Below are positions 10,507 through 25,300 of a DNA stretch of 64,000 nt, piece by piece. Numbering within the stretch: the stretch's first letter is position 1; each line of letters starts with the position of its first letter. The stretch comes from Octopus sinensis (lineage: Eukaryota). The translations under genes and the position numbers were made by a program. The stretch is taken from the NCBI RefSeq assembly GCF_006345805.1, contig NC_043015.1, positions 15,128,001-15,192,000 on the forward strand. Direction: 5' to 3'. Below the pieces are notes generated by a model, which saw only the letters and a list, made by a program, of their open reading frames with translations, was not told the origin of the DNA and searched no databases.

Positions 10507-13500
10507 CTTTTACTTGTTTCAGTCATTTGACTGCAGCCATGCTGGAGCACCGCCTTTAATAGAACAAATCGACCGCAGGACTTACTCTTTGTAAGCCTAG
10601 TACTTATTCTATCGCTAAGTTACAGGGACGTAAACACACCAGCATCGGTTGTCAAGCGAAGTGGGGGTACAAACAGAGATACAAACAAACACACACACAC
10701 ACATATCTCTTTTTACTCTCTTTTACTTGTTTCAGTCATTTGACTGCGGCCATGCTGGAGCACTGCCTTTAGTCGAGCAAATCGACCCCAGGACTTATTC
10801 TTCGTAAACCTAGTACTTATTCTATCTCTTTTCCTGAACCGCTAAGTTACAGTAAACAAACCAACATCAGTTGTCAAGTGATGTTGGGGGGGACAAACAC
10901 AGACACACAAACATATATGCACACATACATATATATACATATGTACGACAGGCTTCTTTCAGTTTCTGTCTATCAAATCCACTCACAAGGCTTTGGTTGG
11001 CCTGAGGCTATAGTAGAAGACACTTGCCCAAGGTGCCATGCAGTGGGACAGAACCCGGAACCATGTTGTTGGTAAGCAAGCTACTTACCACACAACCACC
11101 CCTGCACCTATATATATATATACGACGAGCTTCTTTCAGTTTCCATCTACCAAGTCCGCTCACAAGGCTTTGGTTGGCCCGAGGCTATAGTAGAAGGCAC
11201 TTATCCAAGGTGCCACGCAGTGGGAGTGAACCTGGAAACATGTGGTTGGTAAGCAAGCTACTTACCACACAGCCAATCCTGCGCATATATATATATGTTC
11301 ATAAACGGGCTGGTTACACCCACTGGCATAGGCTATGGGCCATGGTCTCACTTGGCTTGTCGGGTTTTCTCAAGTACAGCATATCTCCAAAGGTCTCAGT
11401 CACAAGTCATTGCCTCGGCAAGGACAATATGTGTGTGTGTGTATGTATATATGTACATATACATGCATATATATTCATGTATATGCATGTATATATATAT
11501 ATATATATATATTTATGTATATCCACACATCCACACGAAAATGTACATATACAAAGTCAAGAGTTAATTGTATTAAGTTACAAAAGGCTATTAATATTAT
11601 TATTATTATTATTATTAATAATAATACCAGTAAAAGAATATGTGCATTCCGCCATTCACAATACATATTAGATGGAAAATATCCCATAGAATACATCAAC
11701 AGCATAATATAGTAATATAATAACATAATAATATAATACAATACAATACATTATAGCTCAACAAACATATATAATGAAAAATATTCATTTACATCATAGA
11801 AAAAACCAGAAGTGTGCATGCGTATACATACATACAAATCAGAGTTCTGACGGTGATAGATATTTATCACCGTCAGAACTCTGATTTGTATACACACACA
11901 TGTTTATGCATGTATATTTATGCATATATATATATATATATACATATATGTTTATATATGTATGTATATTTGTATGTGTGTGTGTATATATAGGGAGGGT
12001 TTACGAAAAAAACAAAAGACGAAGACAGGTGGTGTACAAAACAAACAGATGTATTAGTATAACGCTGAGGAATAGAAAAAGCCTTTTACGTTTCAAGCCT
12101 ACGCTCTTCTACAGAAAGGGACACAGAAAAAACAAGGAGAGAAAAAAATGTGTGTAGTGGCTAACGATCTATCATGGCGACTAGTGCCGGAGAGAAGGGT
12201 CAAACACGAGTAGGAAAGTAGGGGAGATAACAAGGTAAAGATGACCCCCAACACAAAAGTGCCCCCAGCACAAAGTTGCGTGTGTGTATAAGAGAGTATG
12301 TATGTGCATGTGAAAGAGGGCTGGTGGTCTGGACGTGTGCGTGTAGGTGTGAAGATGTGAGGATGGGTGTGTGGGTGGTGTGATGTGTAATGTTATATGG
12401 TGTAGTGTGGTGTGGTGTGATGTTGTTGGGGGGTGGGGGAGGTGAGAGTGGGAAAGCACGGGTGTGGTGTGGGTTCGGTTGGGGTAGAGTTGGGGTTTGT
12501 GGGTAGGCAGAGGGTGGGGGTAGATGTGGATAGGATGGAGGGATGGGAAGGATAGGGAAGGTGGAGTAGGGGTGGGTGGGTATGTGAGGAGAAAGAGGAG
12601 GAGAGAAGAGACGGACTTCTTTCAGTTTCTGTCTACCAGATCCACTCACTAGGCTTTGGTTGGCCTGAGGCTATAGTGGAAAACACATGTCCAAAGTGCC
12701 ATGCAGTGGGACTGAATCTGGAATCATGTTCTATAATAATAAAGTTTAATAAATTTAAACATTATCTAAGAATGATCTAGTTTGTTTCATTATAAATCAA
12801 TCAGTTAATATGAGACATACTGTTTTTGCAATATTTATTTATTTTAGATAACTGGGCTATGCTGTTTGCCCAAAGACTTGCTCTTAAAGAAAAGACATCC
12901 CTTCATGTATGCTTTTGTGTGGTGGTTCCATTTCTCGAAGCAACCAAACGACATTATGATTTTTTGTTGAATGGACTGAAGGAAGTTGAAAAGGTTTGTC
13001 CCAATTTTGACTTTTCTGAATTTTGTTTTCAATTATGTTAGAAGTTATTAGTATGAATTTCAATTAAAAACAAGTGTTCAGTTAAATTGTTGCATTGGAA
13101 AGAAGAAAATATAGCAGTTAGATTCAACTTTGTTTGGTCACATGTTTGGTCACATGGAAATCATAAGTTGATCATGTGCATAAATACAATTTCTCTCCAA
13201 TCAACAACTTTTGTTCATATGATAGTCTGGCAGCATGACTAAGACTTTCTGTAAGCAAATCCTACAAATACGGTTCATTTTAGTGCAAAAAGGACAGAGT
13301 GATTCAGTCCTTGGTGGAGTTTGCTCTTGATTTTAGCTGTTCTCACAGCTAGGCGCAATAGGTGAAGAAACATACTACAGCAACATTTGCCTAAATGTTT
13401 TATATGCATTTTGAACGCAGTCAATGAGGGGTCTTATTTTAAATAAGGGATCAAAGTTTGGTTCTTCACGTACAGGGGTACTGCTAGTGTCTCTCACATG

Positions 13501-15713
13501 TAAATATTGGTTCAGTTTCATAAACTGTATTTGGGTCATAATACTGGAAATATACTGATTGCCAAAAGGTTCCTGATTGCTCCAGTAATTTGTAATTATG
13601 GGTAACTGTCTTATACCCATAATAATATCTATGGCAAAAAATGCCCATATTTCGTCTACGGTTGTAGGAAACCACAAGCTATCTTTTTTTCCAGCTTGTT
13701 TACATTCTGTGTAATGATTTGTTTCCGCAGTGATTACTTCAAACAAGCATGCTGGAAAAAATGAAAAGAAAACGTCTAATGGTTTTGCTTCCTGAGAAAG
13801 ACTATGAGTAGACCGTGTCTCCTCAGAAAAATTGTTAATAAAAACATTTTTTAACTTTTTACTCCATTCTGGTGTAAAATCATCCTCGCTGTCTATGCCA
13901 CTGCTTTCAGTTTCTTCAGAATTGCTTTTGGATACAGAAATATCCGATTCATTTTCGTCCACCATGTGCTTTTGCACTTCATTCATTCTTTTCCTCGATA
14001 TCTCGATATCTTCTGTTGAAAAGCCTTCAAATTTGGAATCACTGCTTGATAGCATGAAACTCCTCTCCATTTTCAAAGTTGAAAAAAATTAATGCCGATA
14101 AAAATGTAGAAAAAAATCTTCCAAAATTCACTGAGTTCAAATATCATGCCAAACAATGTCGGACACAATAACTCAACTGTTAGCAAAGTGAAATCACGTG
14201 TTTTAACAAATGTACCAATGACATTTGGGTTCAAATTTACATTTAAATAACAATGGGTTCTCTCGGCCGGGTTGGTCTTATGAACCAAAAAATTTTTGGG
14301 CCAGCTACAGCTGGGTTAGTAATGAAAGAGTTAATCAATGCTACATGTGTTTCTGCACTGGTGGGGAGTTTATAAAGGCTATACCTAATACATAAATCCA
14401 CCAGTGTGTCTTGAGGCTATTTATCTTATTGTCATTATTATTAACGGATCACAGTTAAAAATACATATTATAAGTCATATTAAATAAGAATATGAATACA
14501 AATATAATAAAATAAAAATATATAAATTACAAATTTCTTTTTTAAAAAATTTAAAAATTAAACAAATAAAATGTAAGGCTGTTTCTTTTTGTTCTTTCCT
14601 TAGGAATGCTGCAATTTGGATATTCAGTTCCATCTCTTGAAAGGAGACCCATCTTCTGAAGTATCCAGTTTGGTAAAAGAGTTGAATATCGGTGCTGTTG
14701 TCACAGATTTCAGCCCATTGAGACTTCCTAGAAAATGGTTGACTGATTTAACAGAGAATCTCCCTAAAAATGTTGGCTTGTGTCAGGTTAGACCTATTGT
14801 CCTCAAAATATTTGTAACGAATGTTTAATTAAATTAAAATAGAAATCATTTCTCTCATTACTGAACACTCATTTTACTATATTTCTTTTGTCTTTCAGGT
14901 GGACACACACAATATTGTACCATGTTGGATAACTTCTGAAAAGCAAGAATATGGTGCTAGAACTATCAGGAACAAAATCCACAGTCAAATGTGTAACTTT
15001 CTCACTGAATTCCCTCCTGTCATCAAGCATCCCCACGAAGCCAAAACTGAAGCCAAGGTAATCTTATATATTACTTTATTCTCTTTTCTATTACCTTTGC
15101 ATAGTTTATAATTATATCAGGATTGTTTAAATAATAAATTTGCTCTAATAAAGAGGTTTATAGTAAGAAGGTAGAAGAAAAAAAATGAAAAATGGTATTT
15201 TGTGCTAATTTTTTCCTTATTTTCATGTAGAATCTAAAAATACACAAACTTTGGATATATTTTGGGAAAGTTAATGATGGCTCTTGGCATACACATTTGT
15301 ATTGGAGTTCTTGATTAATTTAAATATGAAATTCTTACAGGAGCTGATTAGAGAAGAGCAGAGTGGATTGAAATGATTTTAGTAAACTATTAGAATTTAT
15401 TTTATGTATACTCAATGCATAGAGGACAAACTTGGGTCATCACATTTTAAAGATATTATTAAGGTGTAATTTATTTTAAACCAAAATTATCATCATGCCT
15501 ACAAAGTCAGAAAACAATACAGCTCCCATGACTTTCGGAAACATTTTTTCACGCTCAGAGTTGCTGAAGCATGGAATAAACTGCCTGCGTCAGTTGTTGA
15601 CTGCCATGACACTGCATCTTTTAAGGCCCTCATGCTTTCCGAAATCCGCCGAAACTTCACCTGATTATATATACACTTTAGATGAGTTGTAGTGCACCTG
15701 AGCACTGTACACA

Positions 15714-15748
<35 letters not shown>

Positions 15749-17347
15749 CATCATTTAATGTCCACTTTCCCATGATAGCATGGCTTAGATGGAATTTGTC
15801 GAAGTAGGTTTTTCTATGGCCATATGTCCTTCCTGTCGCTAATCCTCACCTGTTTCTAAGCAAGGTGATATTTCCCATGGTCAGACATGTTTTCTACAGA
15901 AGACTGGAAGCAAACACCATCAATGTATGAGAGTGATGCTTGTCTACAATCATCATATGATGTCAAGACAAGGACATACGCACACAAATATATATATATC
16001 TCAAAAGGATGTGTTTTAATACTATTCCACAGCCATACCAACAATCCAACTTACCTCCATTGTCAGCCGCCCCATGGATATCATTATGGTTTTGACATAT
16101 CTTAATAATACAAAAACTCTAGGGATGTTTGTGTGTACCCGAAACATCTCAGAAATATTTGTTTTCATACTTACCTAGGCAATGTAGTACAAATTTTTGT
16201 GACACCTGGACCTCTATTTATTAATGAAAATGATAAAACACAATTTTTGCTTGTTATTTCTTGATGTAAAAGAAAACATAGCTTTCATGACGTCAACACA
16301 CATACATGCTTACAGAACACACACACATATAATGAATGTCATGGCATGTCAATCAACACAAACACACGTCCGCTATCTGTGACATATACACCACATAGCC
16401 TTCGTGATCTCTAATAAAAAAAAACATTGACTTCTTGACGTACACAATATTGTAACTTAGAAATATTTTTAACTGAATATGATTTGAAAAATGTAAGTAG
16501 TTTGTACAGTAGGTATTTATATTTTAGCTTTCTTTAAACAGACAATATTTTAAAAAATTATTTTCAAGTTGTTAATTTCTGTAAAATTTTTTTAGTTATT
16601 TATTTTTGTTTTAAAGTAAAAGAGGAGTAAGTGAAAGATGTATATACATACGTGTATATGAAATGGACATGTGTGTGTGTGAAAGAGAGAGAGAGAGAGA
16701 GTGAGTGAAGGGACGTGTTATCATGTATACATACATACATCAATACATATGTGTGCATCTTTTTTTGTTTGTACATGTGTGTGTGTGAGAGAGAGAGAGT
16801 GAATGAATGTGTTCTCATGTATGTGTAAGTGGTACGCTCTCTCTCTCTCTCTCACACACACATCCATTTCATATACACGTTCACACATCTTTCACTTTCT
16901 CCTCCTTTTCACTTTAAAACAGAAGTAAATAAATAGAATTTTTTATGGAAATTAATGAACAAAACCAGCTGATCTGGACGACAGTTCTCAGAGTCAAAGT
17001 GAAAGATTGCCCCAAAGAAATACCATTACAAAAATTTTTTCGAGTGCATTCAACATGTCACAGCTCCAAAGATTTGACTGTTATTTCTTGCATGCCCTGC
17101 TACCATGTAACAGCTATTTGCAATAGAGGACCCGAAATACTTGTTACATGGTAGCAGGGCATGCAAGAAATAAGCACCAAATCTTTTCTTTTTTGGGGAA
17201 AGGAGCCATTTACGTGTGATTTCGATGTCACATTCATTGAAAACATGTGAATTAACCTGGAAAAGAAAAAGAAAAGCTATGAAACAAAACTCTGTTGCTG
17301 GGAAACTCAGACTTTCCAGGTGACCCAACGGGTCATAGGCAGTCGAG

Positions 17348-17400
<53 letters not shown>

Positions 17401-18404
17401 CATATAGTAGAACAGTGTAGTTAAGTAAGTCAGTATGAGAAGTGTACATGTAAGCCTGTACTATCCAAATAAATAATATTACAAAAGCCTTAGAGTGCCT
17501 CACCAAGGGAAGAGGAATAAACCTAAATCAGCTTATGAAAGGCATCTTTTAATTTCTGTCTATCAAATCCACTCACAAGGCTTTGGTGAGCTCAAGGTGA
17601 TAATAGAAGACACTTGCCTGTGATACCATGCAGTAGGACTGAACCTGAGACCTCTTGGTTGGGAAGCAAGCTTCTTAAACACACAACCATGCCTGCAACT
17701 ATGACTACATGGCTGCCTACAGCTGTTGCGTATATTTTACCTACAATGATTATTTACACATTATTAAAGTTTTTGGTTTCTAAATGGACTACTCAACCTA
17801 TTTAAGGTTAGATTATCCACTAGTTGGTCACTCCTATCAATATTGATTTCAAATTTTGGCATGCAAAGCCAGCAATGTTAGGTAGTTGGTAAGTCAATTA
17901 CATTAACCCTAGTGCTCAACAGGTACCTATTTTACCAACCCTGAAAGGATGAAAGGCAAAGTCTATCTCAGCAGAATTTGAAATTCAAAATGTAAAGACA
18001 GATGAAATACTACTAAACATTTTGCCCAGTGTGCTAACAATTCTGCCAGTTTGCTGCCTGTTTGTATTAAAGAAATGCTGTCAAGCATTTTGTCCTGCAT
18101 GCTAATGGTTACCTTGACCAGTCCTGTCAATATTAGCATTATTGACGTTGACTTTATTGTTTTTACACCCATTTTTTATCCAAGCAAGCACAGGCTGCAC
18201 AAAACTTATTGAGAGGCAGTATTCTAAAGTTGGGTTTGCAACCCTAACCAATCCCATGTTCCACTAGTAAGATACATATTTTTTTTATTTATTTCACTAG
18301 TTGGTCTTCACTGAACTGCAAAATACATTGTTTATAGGTGATGCAAACAATTATACTATTGCTCCAAGGGTATCAATGTGAAAACAAAGTAACATTTATT
18401 GTCT

Positions 18405-18455
<51 letters not shown>

Positions 18456-21400
18456 CACGTGTGCATACACCCAAACAACCAAACCCACACACACACACAC
18501 CTTCTGTATTTGTGTATATACAAGGGAGTGCTGAAAAGTTCCTGGCTTTGAGTAAAAGAAAATTTAAGAGAATCAATTATTATTTTATTCAGATTCACAC
18601 ACTTATTGCAGCGGTCCTTCAGTTATACTAATCCCTGTAAAAAGAACTTGGAAAGTTGGGTCTCGAATCAGGCCATTTGGGATACTCTTAAAGCCAGGAA
18701 CTTATCAGCATCCCCTCGTATATTTTCCATTTTTGTTTCAGACACCTGCTACTTCTCATTTCTCTCTAATTCAGAATTCTTCTCACAATCACTTCATTTT
18801 GCAATCAGTATTGTCTTTGGTGTAATTAGTTTTTCTGTACAGTTAGGGCTGGAACCAATGTTACACATCATATTCAGTTTGTCTTCTTTATCTTGAACAG
18901 GCAAACTTGTTTTTTCAAACTGTCTCCTCTCTCTTTAGCCTACAGATTGGAATACAATTATTGGGAAATCTGATACAGACGAGGCTGTCAAACCAGTGGA
19001 CTGGGCTAAACCAGGTACAGCTGCAGGTTATGCGACTCTGGAGAGTTTCTGCAATGAACGTCTGAAACATTTTGCCACAGAACGTAATGATCCTACCAAG
19101 AACAGTTTAAGTAATCTGTCTCCTTGGCTCCGATTTGGTAAGATTTATATTTAGTTATATTTGTAGAAATTTAACTGCAAATTTGGTTTTTCTTTTTTTG
19201 CTGTATCATCATCATCACCATCACCACCATCCTCTTCCTCCAGGGTTGCAGTTGATCTGTCAATCAATGGAACAGCCATGCAAGTGGCTGAGCACTCTAC
19301 AGACACAAGTAGCCTTAATGTAATTTATTTGGGAGATTCAGTGTGACAAAGCTGGCCCTTTGAAATACAGGTGCTTCTCATTTTTGCCAGCTGACTGGAC
19401 TGGAGCAATGTGAAATAAAGTGTCTTTCTCAAAGACACAATGTACTGCCAGGTATTGAACTCATGACCTTATTATCATGAGTTGAATACTCTAACTACTA
19501 AGCCACACACCTTCACACCAAGTATATATACAAACACAAACATAGACGCATACACACAATATATATATTACATATATATATATATATATATTACACACAA
19601 TATATATTATAAAGTATAATTATTTAGCTTCTTTCTAGTTGTTAGAAATTATTCATCCATTGCCATCATAATCATTGGGTAGACCATTTTTTCATGATGA
19701 CATGATGTTGATCTAAACCCTATAGAACCTGTCTGTGAGATTAATATCAGCACTTCATCGATTCTTCCTATGTCTTCCTTGGTCTCCTTTTTTTTACCAT
19801 GTGTTCCATTCACCATCAATTCACCACACCTTATCACCCTCACCCAGCACATATGTATATGCGTTATGGATCTGCTGTCAGTTTATGATAATAAGTATTC
19901 AGTTGTTTGAGTAACCAAATGACCTGATCCTTAAATTAGTATGTGAAGTGGCTGAGTATTCCACAAAAGCATGTACCATTCTTGTAATTTTCAAGGAGAG
20001 TCAAGTAGCCTGACATAGTGTGTGATGAAAGTGGACTTGTGAATCACAGGTACAGTGGGCTTGTCCACAGTTTCTGTTTACCTATTTTTCACTCACGAGG
20101 CTTGGATTGAGTTAAAGCTGTGGTAAAAGACACTTGCCTAAGATGTCATGTGGTGAGATGGAACATTGGGGCCTGGTGATCATGAAATGAATTTTTTAGT
20201 ATTTGACCTTGTTGCATTCATTCTGCCATGCATAATGTAGGTCAAGTGTGTTCTGCTATAGCTCTGGGCCAACTAGAACCTTGTGAGAGAATTTGGTAGA
20301 CTGAAGCTGAAAGAAATTTATTGTACATATGTATTTGTGTATCGTTGTCTAGACATCACATGATGATTGTAAATGAGTTTGTATATGTGTGTGTATATCT
20401 TCATATATATGTGTGTGTGTGTTCTTGACTTGACACCATATGCAAGTTGTGAACAACAGTCACCAGTCTTTTCTGAAAACATGTCCATTTTCAAAGGACA
20501 AAGGGAAATATTTTGTTACTTGGAAACAGGGGAGGGCTGGTGAGATTTTCAGAGAAAATCTGTTTCAGTGAATTTCATCTGACTCATGTAAACATGAAAA
20601 AGTGGATGTTAAAATGATGACAGTGATGATAATGACTTGTTGTGGTTGCTGCTGCTGTTGATGTTGTTTTTAAGGTGGTGAGCAAAAGGCTTAGCAGCAT
20701 TTCATTCGTCTTTATGTTCTGAGTTCAAGTACTGCTGAGGTTGACTTTACCTTTCATTTGTTTGGTGTTGATAAAATAAGTGCCAGTTGAGCACTGGGTC
20801 GATGTAATCGACTTACCCAACCCCTCAATCTTGCTGGCCTTGTGCCAAACTTTGAAATCATTATTATTATTGGGTGGTGAGCTGACAGAATCATTAGTAC
20901 ACTGGGCAAAATATTCAGCAGTATTTTGTCCGTCTTCACTTTCTAACTTCAAATTCTGCTGAGGCCAACTTTGCCTTTCATCCTTTTGGGCTCGATAAAA
21001 TAATTACCAGCTATGTACCTGGTCAATGTAATTGGCTATCCCTCTCCCCTAAATTTCAGTCCTTGTGCCTATAGTAGAAAGGATTATTATTATTATTATT
21101 ATAATGCAATGAGCTGACAGAATTGTTAGCATGCTGGACGAAATGCTTAGCGGAATTTTGTCCTTATGTTCTGAGCTTAAATTCCACTGGGGGTGACTTT
21201 GCCTTTCATCCTTTTGGGGTTGATGAAACCCCCTTTGTGTCTGTGTTTGACAACCAGTGTTGGCTTGTTTACATCCTTGTAACTTAGTGATTCGGCAAAG
21301 GGACCAATAGAATAAGTACTAGGCTTAAACAAAAAAAATATGTGTTGGTGTTGATTTGTTCAACTAAATCCTTCAAGGCACTGTCCCAGCATGGCCACAG

Positions 21401-22285
21401 TCAAATGACTGAAACAAGTAAAATATAAGTGTATAAATTAGTGTGTTGACCTAAAGTACTTTATTGAGTCTCTTTATTTTAAATTCAGTGGGAGCCATTC
21501 AGTAAAGAGAAATTGATAAAATATGTATCTGGCATAAGTACAGATATTTAGTGATCAAAATAATCAATAAAAACACCTAAAGGTGTGCTCCAGCATGACC
21601 ACATTTCAAAAAGTGGAACCAGTTAAATAATATTAAAATTCTGTTCAAATATCAATGAAATACATTCCAATTACTTTTGGTTATTCATCATTCTGTAAAC
21701 ACGTTTCATACCTCTCCTTTATTGTTTGTCCTCCTTAAATGTTCTCGTTTCTTTATATAATAGGTCACATATCTCCACAAAGATGTATACTGGTTGTTAA
21801 GAAATTCCAGAAATCTCACAAAAATAGTGTTGATGCATTTGTTGAAGAGGCTGTTATACGCAGTGAGCTGGCAGATAATTACTGCTATTACCAGAAGGAC
21901 TACGACAATATAAATGGTAGGATTTGAGTTTTTTTTTATCATTGATTCTGATTGAGTTCACATAATGATCTTAAATCTATAAAACCTATCTCTTTGTATC
22001 TCAGGAGCTTATGAATGGGCTCGGAATAGCTTGAAGCAGCATGCTAAGGACAAACGAGAATACATCTACTCAAGGAAAGAGTTTGAAGAAGGCAAGACTC
22101 ATGATCAACTCTGGAATGCTGCCCAAGTAAGAATATGTTTATGTTTAATATTTTTTAGTAAAATATTAGGCTGTGAGCTGGCAGAATCATCAGTACGCTG
22201 GGCAAAATGCTTAGCAGCATTTTGTCCGTTTCTACATTCTGAGCTCAAATGAGCAACAATAGAAAGGAAAAAGAGAAAGAGGTTG

Positions 22286-22333
<48 letters not shown>

Positions 22334-25300
22334 AAATGGTGAAGGAGAGAAAAAAGGAATTAGAGAAGGATGGGGTAGAAAACAGTATAGAGTAGAGTTG
22401 TATCAAAAAGGTTAAGAGAAACTTACTTAGAAATGGATGCATGGCGTTCAGTTTAATAATATATATATATGTATAGACACACACACAACAGCTTCTTTCA
22501 GTTTCTTTGTACCAAAACTACTCAAGGCTTTGGTTGGCCTGAGACTATAGTTAGAAGATGCTTGCCCAAGATGCAACACAGTGGGACTGAACCTGTTCTT
22601 ACCACACAACCATGCCAGCACCTATGTATATTTATTAATTTTGTCCAATTTCAAGAGAAATTGCTACTAGTTTCCTTTGAAGTCTTCTCTGAACAGTCAG
22701 ATGTCAGTTTACCTGGAAAGAAACAATGCAGTTATTAATATGATGAGTTGCAAATAATGCATGAAACGATCTCACAGCACTAGCATCACTCCTTCGTAGT
22801 CAATCTGTGACCTGTTCAGCCCACACTCATAAGTATCTTTTGGCCTAGTATTTCTTCTCATATGTTATTAATGATCGTCTAATTTCTTTGTTGAAGGTTA
22901 TCCTGATTATCAACCCAGTTTAGCTAATTTAAACATAGAAACTCTGTTATCTTTAGTCTGAGTGGAAGTTTGCTGTATCAAAGATTCACTTGTAGACATT
23001 TCAAGAAAATCATTGATGACTCTTTTACTCTTTTTACTTGTTTCGGTCATTTGACTGCGGCCATGCTGGAGCACCGCCTTTATTCGAGCTAATCGACCCC
23101 AGGACTTATTCTTTGTAAGCCTAGTACTTATTCTATCGGTCTCTTTTGCCGAACCGCTAAGTTACAGGGACTTAAACACCAGCATCAGTTGTTAAGTGAT
23201 GTTGGGGGGACAAACACAGACACACAAACAACATATACACACATTCATATATTTTTTTTTTTACTTGCTTCAGTCATTTTGACTGCGGCCATGCTGGAGC
23301 ACCACCTTTAATTGAGCAATCGACCCCAGGACTTATTCTTTGTAAGCCCAGTACTTATTCTATCGGTCTCTTTTGTCAAACCGCTAAGTGATGGGGACAT
23401 AAACACACCAGCATCAGTTGTCAAGCAATGCTAGGGGGACAAACACAGACACAAACATACATGCACATACATATATACAACGGGCATCTTTCAGTTTCTG
23501 CCTACCAAATCCACTCACAAGGCTTTGGTCGGCCCGAGGCTATAGTAGAAGACACTTGCCCAAGGTGCCATGCAGTGGGACTGAACCCAGAAGCAAGCTA
23601 CTTACCACACAGCCACTCCTATGCCTACATTTTATAAAGTTCAGTTATATTGGTATGGATAGGATACTGCACACTTGTCCACCTCTGTCAGTTATATTTG
23701 TTTATACTGATATTTCTTCAATGCTAGAATTGGTTGTGTATATAATATTGACCCCAGGTCAGAGGTGCTATTTTGCAGATTGTTTTGAGAAGTTAATCTG
23801 TGAATGTTTTATGTTATTTAAAACTATTTCTTTATTTTCAGATACAACTTGTCAAAGAAGGTAAAATGCATGGCTTTCTAAGGATGTATTGGGCGAAAAA
23901 AATTCTAGAATGGTCAACTACTCCTTCTGAAGCACTGGAAATTGCCATATTCTTAAATGACCGATATTCTTTGGATGGAATGGATTCCAATGGATATGTT
24001 GGTATGTATTTATCTTTGATAATATCTTCAGCTTTACAAAAGAGAAAAATGGTGAAATGTAATACACCTGTCATATCAGGAATACAAGAATTTCTTACTG
24101 ATAATATGTTTGGAACTTAAACACATATTGAACTTGAATCCTGAAAACCTATTTTATGTATCAGTTTTTATTGGCTGGTTTATAACATAAGGTGGCAATA
24201 TAGTAAAAGCACAAAATAGAGGAAATAGTCAAAATAGCTCATTTATTAAGGCAGTGGGTTGATAGAATTGTTAGATTGCCAAATAAAATGCCTTGGGGCA
24301 TTTGTTCTGGCTCTTTGTATTCTGGGTTCAAATAGCACTGATGTCAGCTTTGCTTTCCACACCTTCAGAGTTTCATAAAATAAAGTAACAATCAAGTATT
24401 TTAGTTGATTTTAATCAACTGTTGATTTCTACCATTGTGCAATAGTCTAGCACATCACAATACGTTTTCGTTGCTGTTGCTGCTTCTTCCTCTTTCTCTT
24501 AGTGTTCACTATTCCATCCATGCATGCTCTGACATAATTTGTGGGGGATGATTTTGTACAACCAGATGCCCTTCCTGTTGCTATCCCATGGCCAGACATA
24601 TTTTACATGGAAGACTAGAAACAAGCGATATGCTTGTTTACAACCATCACGATGTCAAAAGACTGATACATACGCACACACAGACACACATATACATGTG
24701 ACAAGCTTCTTCCAGTTTTCGACTATCAAGTTTACACAAAGCTTTGATCAGCCCATTTCTATAGTAGAAGACACTTGCTCAAGGTGCTGTATAGTGGATC
24801 ACCACATGGTGAGGAAGCAAGCTTCTTAACCGCACAGCCTTGCCTGCACTTCCCACATTGTAGGACCAAAATCCCTACACAACCATAGGGCCCCCAGGAC
24901 AGTTGAAGTCTCACACTGGTTGATGTTATCTGATATTACTGGAACTGTAACACACAGAGTCACACAATAGACACACCCACATGCTGATTCATTCAGGTCA
25001 GATCAAATGGTTGATAATAATGGTTTCAAATTTTGGCACAAGACCAGCAATTTTAGGGAGAGTGGGTAAGTTGATAACATTAACCCCAGTGTTCAACTGG
25101 TACTTATTTTATCGATCCCAAAAGGATGAAAAGGCAGAGTCAACCTCAGCAGAATTTGATCTCAGAATGTAAAGACAGACAAAATGCTGCTAAGTATTTT
25201 ACCTGGCATGCTAACAACTCTGCCAGCTAAACTTGTATTGTTTCATAATGACTAAATCAGAAACTGCAACTCTAGGGTCTGACTCTGGTTACAGCACAAA

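Noticed and set aside
18943-18945. Alternative CAG acceptor for exon 6
   Set aside because: It shifts the frame; only the TAG at 18936-38 preserves the protein.
19125-19137. SPWLRFG instead of the common SP(W/Y)xHFG in photolyase exon 6
   Set aside because: I recall this position varying among animal class II enzymes and cannot show it is unusual without an alignment.
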